DNA of 20,000 nt from Chiloscyllium plagiosum. Lineage: Eukaryota. The stretch covers positions 3,973,508 through 3,993,507 of the forward strand of contig NC_057753.1 in the NCBI RefSeq assembly GCF_004010195.1, in the 5' to 3' direction. Shown here one piece after another: positions 10,072 through 18,929 of this stretch. Within the stretch, counting starts at the first letter, position 1. Each line of letters opens with the position of its first letter. Made by a program: the position numbers and the translations under genes. The notes beneath the pieces are model-generated. The model saw only the letters and a program-made list of their open reading frames with translations, did not search any database and was not told where the DNA came from.

Positions 10072-10500
10072 CCCGGGTTCAATTCCAGCCTCGGGGGACC
10101 GCACATGCTCCCCGTGGCCGGGTGGGTTTCCACTGGGTGCTCTGTCTTCCTCCCACATTCCAAAGATTAGATTAGATTACTTACAGTGCGAAAACAGGCC
10201 CTTCAGCCCAACAAGTCCACACCGACCTGCCAAAGCGCAACCCACCCAGACCCCTCCCCCTACATTTACCCCTTCACCTAACGCTACGGGCGATTTAGCA
10301 CGGCCAATTCACCTAACCTGCACGTGTGCAGGTCAGGGTGAATTGGCCGTGCTAAATTGCCCGCAGCGTCCAGGGCTGTGTAGGTTAGGTGCATTAATCA
10401 GGGGTGATTGGGCAGGGGAATGGGTCTGGCCGGGTGACTGCTGAGGGTCAGTATGGACTGGTTGGGCTGAAGGGCCTGTTTCCCCAGTGTAGGGATTCTG
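10072..10500. mobile_element. HE1-like SINE cluster: a partial + copy, then inverted 3' halves joined at ~10325
   Basis: GGTTCAATTCC B box at ~10076. TTAGCACGGCCAATTCACC..CTGCAC-GT-GTGCAG..GGTGAATTGGCCGTGCTAA forms a palindromic centre, with tails pointing outward at ~10170 and ~10495. Confidence 0.85.
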
Positions 10501-10859
10501 GGTACGTTCTGCAGTGCTCACTTTCTCCCGAGATAGATACAAGGGCGAGCCATTTCCAAGGAAAGTGAGTTGAGGATTGTCAGATGAGCCATGACTTTAT
10601 GGTTCAAGGTGAGGGCGGACACATGGAGTTCCCACAGAGTTGTTTTTGTTTGGTCACAATGAGGTCTAGCTGATTGACGGCGACGTCGACCAATGGAAAG
10701 GGCGCGCTTCGGCCCGGTGGGATGACAACTAACGGGGATAGAGGGGGGGCGGGGCTGACGGTCTGACGTCACGGGCGGGGACGACGTGACGAACCCAGGG
10801 GCCGGGATGACGCAATGACGTCGGGGGCGGACGGTGGAGCGGAAGGTCGAGGAGGAGAC

Positions 10860-10870
10860 ATGGCGGCCCC
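10860..10870 (+). other. 3' end of candidate first exon of the ZNF gene (ATG GCG GCC CC | GTGAGT)
   Basis: Strong Kozak-like ACATGG followed by a consensus donor GTGAGT at 10871; candidate acceptor TTTTACAG at 12728. Confidence 0.55.
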
Positions 10871-10986
10871 GTGAGTGAGGGAGCGGGAGGTGTCATTGCC
10901 GCACCGTGGGTAGGCTGCCGGAGCCGTATCGGCAACGTCCGGTTCTGCGCTTGCAGCGAAAGGAAAGAGGCGACGGGCCCGCTTAC

Positions 10987-10998
10987 CGTCGTCGCCAT
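10987..10998 (-). other. 3' end of candidate first exon of an antisense gene (ATG GCG ACG ACG | GTAAGC)
   Basis: Minus strand AAAATGGCGACGACG followed by donor GTAAGC at 10986; CCAAT, GC box and NRF1 site lie upstream on that strand. Confidence 0.5.
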
Positions 10999-11097
10999 TT
11001 TTATTGGGAGGCAACTCAGGAATGAGCCCCCGCCCCCCACTGAGGTGGCCGCTGGTGTCACAGGGCGCATGCGCGCCCTTCTCTGTGATGTCAGAGA

Positions 11098-11507
11098 CAA
11101 TGGCCTCGTGGGAAGGCAAGTTGCCCAGTGGGGAGGCAATGGCCTCATGGGAAGACAAGTTGCCCAGTGGGGAGGCCATGGCCTCATGGGAAGGCAAGTT
11201 GCCCAGTGGGGAGGCCATGGCCTCATGGGAAGGCAGGTTGCCCAGTGGGGAGGCCATGGCCTCATGGGAAGGCAGGTTGCCCAGTGGGGAGGCAGGTTGC
11301 CCAGTGGGGAGGCCATGGCCTCATGGGAAGGCAAGTTGCCCAATGGGGAGGCAATGGCCTCATGGGAAGGCAGGTTGCCCAGTGGGGAGGCAATGGCCTC
11401 ATGGGAAGGCAGGTTACCCAGTGGGGAGGCAATGGCCTCATGGGAAGGCAAGTTGCCCAGTGGGGAGGCAATGGCCTCATGGGAAGGCAAGTTGCCCAGT
11501 GGCAATG
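11098..11507. repeat. 39-bp GC-rich minisatellite (~10 copies plus one ~20-bp partial unit)
   Basis: Unit GGCAATGGCCTCATGGGAAGGCAAGTTGCCCAGTGGGGA; short unit at ~11291-11310. Confidence 0.95.
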
Positions 11508-11616
11508 GGCTGCCCTTGTGGGGGAAGAGCTGGCTCAATGGGAGGGGGCGGCGCCGTGGGGAGGGGATGTGTCGGTCAGCCCCACGCGGAGGGGATAGTC
11601 CACCCTGTGTGGACTT

Positions 11617-11941
11617 GGTGCCTTAGTGGTATTATTGGCGGACTATTGATCCAGAATAACGGTCTGGGGTCCTGGGTTCGAATCTCGCCACGGCAGATGG
11701 TGGAATTTGCATTCAGTGAAAAACAAATTAAGGGTCTAACGATGAGCATGAATCCACTGTCGATTGTGGGAAAGACCCGCCTCATTCACTAATGCCCTTT
11801 TGGGAGGGAAACTGCCACCCTTACCTGGTCTGGCCTCTGTGTGACTCCAAGCCCTCAGCAATGTGATTAACTCTTAACTGCCCCCTGGGCGATAAATGCT
11901 GGCCAAGCCAGCAATACCTTAGTCCCATGAATGAGAAAAAA
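11617..11941 (+). mobile_element. tRNA-head SINE (second family), near full length
   Basis: TTAGTGG A-box-like, GGGTTCGAATCTC B box (~11674), body homologous to 2110-2322, ends CCCATGAATGAGAAAAAA. Confidence 0.85.
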
Positions 11942-12828
11942 GGGGGAGGATTTATACACAGCAAAATCAAAGCAGGTGAGATGTTTGTCTGTTTGGAATT
12001 TCTGCCCTACACTGACAGCGATGGGTTTTGGAAACTCCGTGAAACGTTGGTAAAGCGTTGAATCAACAAATCAGCTGCTTTTCTTCGAGCCCCCGCTGAA
12101 ACAGTGCTGGAGGCACTGACAGAAGTCAGTGTGGGAGTGAGTGGAGAATTAAAAATGCCAAGTGACTCCCGATAGCAGTGTAAAGCAGATTCGGTTGCGA
12201 GCAGTGAATACAGCGCATAGATTACAATTAGCCCAAAGAAATCTCCGATCGGTTTCAAAGTTTCAAACTTTAACCACAGCCTGAAAAAGGGCTCTTTCTT
12301 TGATGAGTAAGTGATACAAAGTAAAATGAAACAATTCCCAGGGTATGAATTTCTGCCCGTGTTGTAGGATTTAAAAAGTATCACTGTGACCACAATCAAC
12401 TAAATCTGTACCTACCTATTGAACCCCATTTCTGGTATGATCTCCAGTGTGTGTGTTTGGAGGTGCTGGGTTTCTATGGCCCAACTGCTCTTGTTCGAGA
12501 TTTTTGGGGCTTAGGAGATTCCATTGTACGTCTAGTCGAGTTGCAGTTGGATAAAGCTATCTTCTTTCTCACTATCTCTTCCCTTCCTACAGAAAGGTTC
12601 ACATCTCGTCTAGTCCCAGACTAGATGTCGGGTTCCCACCTTTGAGTGACATTAGTGAATCGGTCTGATGTGTTTGTGGCTTAGCTGCGTTCATGGTCAC
12701 GGTTTACTGTGTTACCTTCATTTTACAGGGCATTTGTGAAGGGTCGTTTCTGAGGAACAAGGCTCAAACTGGACATTGTGCCAAGAGCGCCCTGAGTAGT
12801 TTAATTCATCGGGACCTGGATTCTGAAC

Positions 12829-13782
12829 ATGGAAGGAAGAGGAAGCATTACCAGTGAGGAGAACCCTTACACCAGTTCTGGGGCTGGACAAGGATTCAGC
12901 CAATCATCTAGTCTGTCAAGAGATGGAGTTTTTCATAGTGAAGAGAAACTGTGGCATTGTGGGGACTGTGGCAAGGGATTTAAGTATCCCTCTCAACTGG
13001 AAGCTCATCGACGCAGTCACACAAGGGAGAGGCCATTCATCTGCTCCGAGTGTGGGAAGGGATTCATTCAGTTGTCTCACCTGCTGACGCACCAGAGGGT
13101 TCACACTGATAACAGGCCTTTTAAATGCTCCGACTGTGGGAAGTGCTTCAAGAGTTCCAAGCAACTGATGTCCCATCAACGCGTTCACACTGACAAGAAA
13201 CCATACAGGTGCTCTCACTGTGGGACTGGCTTCAGGCAATCATCTGATCTCACTGTACACCAGCGGGTTCACACTGGGGAGAGGCCGTTCATCTGCTCCA
13301 AGTGTGGGAAGGGATTCATTAATTCGTCCCACCTGCTGACCCACCAGCGAGTCCACACCGAGGAGAGACCATTCACCTGCAGGGAGTGCGGGAAAGGATT
13401 CACTCAGCTATCCAATCTGCTCAGGCACCAACGGGTTCACAGCGATGAGAGACCCTTTACCTGCCCGCATTGTGGCAAGTGCTATAAAAGTTCCGGAGAG
13501 TTGGTGCGCCATCAACGTGTCCACACGGATGAGAGACCGTTTCGGTGCTCCCACTGTGGGACTGGGTTCAAGCGATCGTCTGAGCTGACTGTACACCAAC
13601 GAGTCCACACTGGGGAAAGGCCTTTCTCCTGCTCCGAGTGCGGGAAGGAATTCACTCAGTCATCCCACCTACTCCAACATCAACGAATTCACACCGGGGA
13701 GAGACCGTTCAGCTGCTCCAAGTGTGGGAAGGGATTCATTAACTCATCCAACCTACAGAGTCACCAGCGAGTTCACAAGTAA
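12829..13782 (+). CDS. C2H2 zinc finger protein with 10 tandem Krueppel-type fingers and no KRAB/SCAN/BTB (317 aa)
   Basis: Intact ORF with ten CxxC-x12-HxxxH units and TGERP-type linkers, plus a degenerate N-terminal finger ([24 protein letters not shown]). Kozak AACATGG; upstream acceptor at 12728. Confidence 0.95.
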   Translation: MEGRGSITSEENPYTSSGAGQGFSQSSSLSRDGVFHSEEKLWHCGDCGKGFKYPSQLEAHRRSHTRERPFICSECGKGFIQLSHLLTHQRVHTDNRPFKCSDCGKCFKSSKQLMSHQRVHTDKKPYRCSHCGTGFRQSSDLTVHQRVHTGERPFICSKCGKGFINSSHLLTHQRVHTEERPFTCRECGKGFTQLSNLLRHQRVHSDERPFTCPHCGKCYKSSGELVRHQRVHTDERPFRCSHCGTGFKRSSELTVHQRVHTGERPFSCSECGKEFTQSSHLLQHQRIHTGERPFSCSKCGKGFINSSNLQSHQRVHK

Positions 13783-13909
13783 CTGCAGCATTGGCGTTTT
13801 GCTGTTTATCCCAGCTTGGACTGAACTGTCTTCACTGGAATCTGGTATTAATGACTTTCAACCTGGCTGTAGGTGTTAATATTCTGGACAAAATGCAAAT
13901 TCGCCTTCC

Positions 13910-13915
13910 ATTAAA
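13910..13915 (+). promoter_or_regulatory. Candidate polyadenylation signal ATTAAA of the ZNF gene
   Basis: First canonical-type hexamer after the stop, followed by T-rich sequence. Confidence 0.4.
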
Positions 13916-14254
13916 TTATGTGCTAAGGCTTTTTAATATCTTGAGCACAAGTTAGTTCCGTTTGAAAGTGTTTCCTTTCCACCCTGTCCAAAAGGTGTGA
14001 GGAGCTAGGAAAGGTTCCTTGCCAGAGATTGAGACAACCCAATCAGCTGTCCCTGCTACTTCCCTTTCCCACAGACCAAACTGTCTCCGAAATTCCTCTT
14101 GCCTGAGCCCTGAATTCCCATCTGTCTCTAATTTCTCTCCTATCTCCAGTCATGCCGTGGCAGAGTTCATTGTGACCAGCCTTTTGCTCCTGTGATCCTG
14201 GTCCCAATTAATTGCTGCCCATTTAAATTCCCCAGGCTGGCTGAAACAGATCTC

Positions 14255-14385
14255 ATTCCTGGTGAAGGGCCTTTGTCCGAAACATGTATTCTCCTGCTCC
14301 TCAGATGCTGCCTGACCTGCTGTGCGTTTCCAGCACCACACTCTCGACGCTGATTCCCCCAGCGTCTGCAGTCCTCACTTTCTCC
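14255..14385 (+). mobile_element. Penelope-like short repeat with degenerate hammerhead
   Basis: ATTCCTGGTGAAGGGCCTTTGTCCGAAACATG (core A6->G, triplet lost), followed by the family body. Confidence 0.75.
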
Positions 14386-14409
14386 CTCGCTAAAATAGAA
14401 GCTGACTTT

Positions 14410-14612
14410 GCAAAAGCAAAATACTGCAAATTGGTGGAAATCTAAAATAAAAACAAAGTGTTGGAGAAACTCAGCAAATTTGGTAGCCCCTGGTCGTGAG
14501 AGATCACTGTTAGCAGTGTGACGCTTGCTTGGAACTGAAGAATCATCAGATTTGAAAGGTGAATTCTGGCCTCTCTTCACAGGGGCTGCCAAACCTGCCA
14601 GCTTTCTCCATT
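14410..14612. mobile_element. Older Penelope-like inverted repeat with hammerhead-like remnant
   Basis: TGGAGAAACTCAGCA... is mirrored by ...CCAGCTTTCTCCA; CTGAAGA-ATC-ATCA-GAT-TT-GAAA at 14535-14557. Confidence 0.5.
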
Positions 14613-14654
14613 CCAACTCCCCTTTCCTGATTGCAGTGGGTCAGATCCGGGATG

Positions 14655-15058
14655 GGGTTTAATAGGAAGGAACTTTCCCAGTTCGTCAAAGGATCAATAA
14701 CTGGGGCTTAGATTTCTGGTAAAGGGCAGGAGATTTAAGGGAAGAATTTTGTACCCAGTGGGATGCGTGTAGAGAGGAACCTCGATTATCCGAAGGACAC
14801 GGGCGGTGAGTATTTTGTGCGGTTAATTGAATGCCCGATCACATAAGTCGGCCAAGCATCGGAAGTTTGTGATCTTGTTCGGCGAATGCCAAATTTGGTT
14901 AATCGAATGCTGGATCATCGAGATTCCTCCGTACCTGGAACTTGCTACCTGAAAGGATGGTAGGGGCGGAAATCATTTCAACATTTAGTTGGTATTTGGA
15001 TGAGCGGTTGAAGTGCCGTAGCACAACTTTCCAAGTAACTGGAAAGTGGGGTGAGAGG
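14655..15058 (+). mobile_element. Old CR1 LINE 3' fragment, split by a MITE
   Basis: GGGCAGGAGATTTAAG...TA|CCTGGAACTTGCTACCTGAAAGGATGGTAG (WNLLPERMV) ...TATTTGGATGAG...GGAAAGTGGG. Confidence 0.7.
14772..14931. mobile_element. Tigger-like MITE
   Basis: TA at 14770-14771 and 14932-14933; TIRs GAGAGGAACCTCGATTATCC vs revcomp CGGAGGAATCTCGATGATCC. Confidence 0.8.
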
Positions 15059-15094
15059 AATCACGTGGTGTAAAACTCTTATCTGAAAAAAATC

Positions 15095-15280
15095 TCACAC
15101 AAACTCCAGGTTACGGTCCGACAGGTGGATTTGGAAGCAGCTGCTTTCGGAATGCTGCTCCTTCAGCAGGTGGCTGAACCTGATGAACACACGACCGCCT
15201 GCTGAAGGAGCAACGCTCCAAAAGCTTGTGCTTCCAAATCCACCTGTCGGACCGTAACCAGCTGGTGTGCGCGATTTGTC
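15095..15280. mobile_element. Palindromic Penelope-like element (second subfamily) with hammerhead-like cores on both arms
   Basis: Perfect 31-bp inverted repeat 15109-15139 / 15229-15259; inner arms CTGCTGA-A-GGAGC..GCTCC-(G/A)AAAGC on each strand. Confidence 0.75.
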
Positions 15281-15486
15281 CAGCCCAGTCTGACACCGGC
15301 ACCTCCACATGGTTGTTAACATCTGCCTCTCCAGGCCAGGTGGAGAAATTCCTCTGAGGCACTGTGGGATATTGTTTGTGGGATAATGTTTTCTCAATGT
15401 AAGTTAATTGCAAAACTCCACAAACTGCAATCAAACACGTGAACAGTGCAAGGATTCAAAGTTGTTGCAAATGTACACATAAACAG

Positions 15487-15531
15487 ACACACACACACAC
15501 ATATATACATACATACATACATACATATATA
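15487..15531. repeat. Compound (CA)n/(TA)n/(TACA)n microsatellite
   Basis: Seen directly. Confidence 0.9.
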
Positions 15532-15917
15532 ATTAAGGTCATTGGTATATTGAGCCAATTCAACACATCTCACAAATTCAGAATTTCTCCAGGACTGATC
15601 CTTGAGGTACGAATGAGTGATGGAAGCAGTCAGGGGGAACAATTCCCGGGGAATTTCGGAAGCAGGAATGGTAAATCGACTGAACAGAGGAGAGAGAACA
15701 TTCTTATCCCTCAGACTCGACAAGCTCTCAGTTGCTAACAGCAAGGAGCTTTGACTTTGTCCAGATTTGATGTGGCTCAGTTGAATTCTCACCAGAGCAG
15801 TAATGGGGATGCTGCGCCAAAAAATGTCTGGAAATCTTGAATATTTGTGCTTAATTTTGAGGATCTTGGTGCCATATTCATTCAAGACTCAAATGCAGAC
15901 CCACGAAGGATTGAGCT

Positions 15918-17100
15918 CCCCAAACCGGGAGGGTTCCCGTCCCCAATCCGGGAGGGATCACCCAGCCCGCCGTCCCCAAACCGGGAGGGTTCACCCAGCC
16001 CGCCGTCCCTAAACCCCCCAGCGCACCGTCCCCAAACCGGGAGGGTTCACCCAACGCACCGTCCCCAAACCCCCCCAGCGCACCGGCCCCAAACCGGGAG
16101 GGTTCACCCAGCTCGCCGTCCCCATATCCCCCAGCGAACCGTCCCCAAACCGGGAGGGTTCACCCAGCCCGCCGTCCCCAAACCCCCCAGCGAACCGTCC
16201 CCAAACCTGTAGGGTTCAACCAGCCCGCCGTCCCCAAACCGGGAGGGTTCACCCAGCCCGCCGTCCCCAAACTCCCCAGCGCACCGTCCCCAAACCGGGA
16301 GGGTTCACCCAGCTCGCCGTCCCCATATCCCCCAGCGCACCGTCCCCAAACCGGGAGGGGTCACCCAGGCCGCTGGCCCCAAACCGGGAGGGCTCACCCA
16401 GCGCACCGTCCCCAAACCGGGAGGGGTCACCCAGCGCACCGTCCCCAAACCGGGAGGGTTCACCCAGCGCACCGTCACCAAACCGGGAGGGCTCACCCAG
16501 CGCACCGTCCCCAAACCGGGAGGGCTCACCCAGCGCACCGTCCCCAACCCGGGAGGGTTCACCCAGCCCGCCGGCCCCAAACCGGGAGGGCTCACCCATC
16601 CCGCCTGCCCCAAACCGAGAGGGCTCACCCAGCCCGCCGGCCCCACACCGAGAGGGTTCACCCAGCCCGCCGGCCCCACACCGAGAGGGTTCACCAGCCC
16701 GCCGGCCCCACACCGAGAGGGCTCACCCAGCCCGCCGGCCCCACACCGGGAGGGCTCACCCAGCCCGCCGGCCCCACACCGGGAGGGTTCACCCAGCCCG
16801 CCGTCCCCAAACCGGGAGGGCTCACCCAGCCCGCCGTCCCCAAACCGGGAGGGCTCACCCAGCCCGCCGTCCCCAAACCACCCAGCGCACCGTCCCCAAA
16901 CCGGGAGGGCTCACCCAGCTCGCCGTCCCCCAACCGGGAGGGCTCACCCAGCCCGCCGTCCCCAAACCGGGAGGGCTCACCCAGCCCGCCGTCCCCAAAC
17001 CGGGAGGGCTCACCCAGGCCGCTGGCCCCGCACCGGGAGGGCTCACCCAGCCCGCCGTCCCCAAACCGGGAGGGCTCACCCAGCCCGCCGTCCCCGCACC
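15918..17100. repeat. 33-bp C-rich minisatellite with interspersed 21-23-bp short units
   Basis: Unit CCCAGCCCGCCGTCCCCAAACCGGGAGGGCTCA with variants (GCGCAC, GGCCCC, GAGAGG), spanning ~1.2 kb. Confidence 0.95.
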
Positions 17101-18053
17101 AGAAACGAAAACCATAAACTGAAACTGCATTGGATTCCAATTGTACAGCTTTTTCTGAGCTTCCCCACGCTAAGTTGTTCGTAATGGTGATGTAAATGAG
17201 CGTAATCTTTGGCAGGGCTATTTTTGACTCTTTGCCAGTATTTATTTGAAGAGAAACACCCGATGTTTTGAACAGTAATTGCTCTTGGTCCTGAAACAGA
17301 CAACGCAGGGAGAGCTTACCGGGTCAGGCAACATCCGTGGAAAGGACAAACGTCCTGCCCTTCCTCAAACCTAGTCCGTTCTGTGCAAGGGTCAACAAGT
17401 CTCTGCACAGATGACATCGTCCCAGCAGACAGCTGACTTGCTGATTTAACAGTTCGAAACACTGAAAATAAATTCAGAAATGTTGATGGTTATGGATTCA
17501 TTTTGTGCTGTCAAAGCTGCACAAAGCAGTTTCCTTGAGATCCACATGATTCAATTTGTTTTCAGCATTGAAAATTTATACTGGTGTCACTACTTTATTC
17601 GACAATGTCGGAAGCACCCGTTTGTTTCAAATTAAAAACTCTCCAGTTTTCATTGGTCTCGGTTTCTATTCTACAAGTTTTCAGTCCCGTGAACTTCTCT
17701 TAGCAGAATCACTCCTTGTCAGAAAAAACAACTCAGCCAAGTGAGAACGATCAGAGCAAAGCATGAACCAACACTGCCAGCTGAAAGAAATGTAGGGTCA
17801 GATTGCAGTTTCCATGAAGGAGAAATGATGAGTCAGTCTTGAAAAGAGGGAGAGGTGGACATGCAAGAGGATGGGAAAGGGTTAACCGAGTGTGGGATCA
17901 AAAGTAAGAGCCCAGGAGTTTGCTCTCTGGTCCAGCCTGGGCTCAGCTGGACTTCCATCCAACCTTGCATCCATTCTTTCGTTACTGAAAAGCTTTCCAG
18001 GCTCAAGTGACGCAGATTCCTTGTTCGATTCAGTTAGGAAAGGCAAAGGAGTC

Positions 18054-18152
18054 AGGTAAAAACAAGGACTGCAGATGCTGGAAACCAGAAACTTGATTAG
18101 AGTGGTGCCGGAAAAGCACAGCAGGTCAGGCAGCATCCGAGGAGCAGGAGAA
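18054..18152 (-). mobile_element. Penelope-like short repeat lacking the ribozyme core
   Basis: GACTGCAGATGCTGGAAACCAGA...GCAGCATCCGAGGAGCAGGAGAA; homology stops just 3' of the predicted GUC cleavage site. Confidence 0.8.
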
Positions 18153-18463
18153 GGTAACGGAGTAAGAGCATCTGACAGAGATTTGGGACAAAAGCAAAAA
18201 ACTGCCAGAGAAACTGAGCAGCATCTGTGGAGACAGTAACACAATTGATTTGTTTTGAGGCCACTGCCTCTTTCTCAGGAGATTGGGAGGTCTCCGTCCC
18301 AGAGGGGTACACGTTCCAGTCAGCCGGACAATTCTTGGTGATTCCTTCACCATCTCCCAAGTTCCGAGGGGTAATTTAGGTCAACGCCTTCTTTCATCCC
18401 AACAGTCGGAACGTTTAGACACCACTGTCACAGCCAGTTTGGATTTCTTCACTTGGCTGATCA

Positions 18464-18655
18464 GGAGAACGTGAGCATTGCAGACGCTGGAGGAGATCAG
18501 AGTGGTGCTGGAAAAGCACAGCAGGTCAGGCAGCATCCGAGGAGCAGGAAAATGATGAAGGGCGGGCTTCTGCCCGAGATGTCGGCTCTCCTGCTCCCCA
18601 GATGCTGCCTGACCAGCTGTGCTTTTCCAGCGCCACCCCTCTCTCGGCTCTGATC
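18464..18655. mobile_element. Inverted pair of Penelope-like repeats
   Basis: The minus-oriented arm ends at ~18553. The plus arm starts TGATGAAGGGCGGGCTTCTGCCCGAGATGTC (inactive core). CTGATCAG occurs at 18457-18464 and 18650-18657. Confidence 0.75.
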
Positions 18656-18929
18656 AGTGTTTATCTCCACATTATATCCCTGCCTTTTCTGTAACGTCTT
18701 GACTACTTGCTAGAAGTGCAATGTTCGAGCTGGTGAGCATTAGGGTCAGCTTTGCTTTTTGTCTCAATTACAGGGGTCACCTCCACTGCCTCAGTTTCCA
18801 ACTCCGCCTGCATTGTGGGTTCTGTCTCGTACTGACTGAACTCAATAACTTCCAAATATCCATATCGGTTTAAGAAGCTTCTATTGATCTGCCTGTGAAA
18901 CAGTTCAATATTTTCAGTACTTTGTCAGT

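Larger units (their letters stand above)
10670..11100. promoter_or_regulatory. CpG-island promoter (probably bidirectional)
   Basis: CpG-dense. CCAAT 10690, GC boxes 10746/10773/10824/11027, full CRE TGACGTCA 10764-10771 plus further TGACG half-sites, GCGGAAG ETS-like ~10839, YY1-like ATGGCG on both strands, NRF1 GCGCATGCGC 11065-11074. Confidence 0.85.

Noticed and set aside
10729..11792. Long ORFs of 156-269 aa on both strands
   Set aside because: Artefacts of a GC-rich island plus a stop-free 39-bp repeat; open in nearly all frames, and a partial unit shifts the register.
12040..12720. Possible TG...CA insertion just before the ZNF acceptor
   Set aside because: Only 4-bp inverted ends (TGAA/TTCA), no TSD and no second copy in the window.
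12829..13782. Assigning a specific ZNF gene symbol or a KRAB domain
   Set aside because: Generic finger similarity does not establish orthology, and no KRAB-like exon was seen.
15394..15885. 163-aa minus-strand ORF
   Set aside because: TTG start just after a stop, runs into a microsatellite, no recognisable domain or clear splice sites.
15918..17100. CRISPR-like array (33-bp repeats; also the 39-bp array)
   Set aside because: Head-to-tail units with no unique spacers, no cas genes, and a eukaryotic context.
17567..17740. Plus-strand exon-like segment (TTTTCAG ... GTGAGA) with one open frame
   Set aside because: No recognisable product or partner exons, and it lies beyond the ZNF's likely 3' end.
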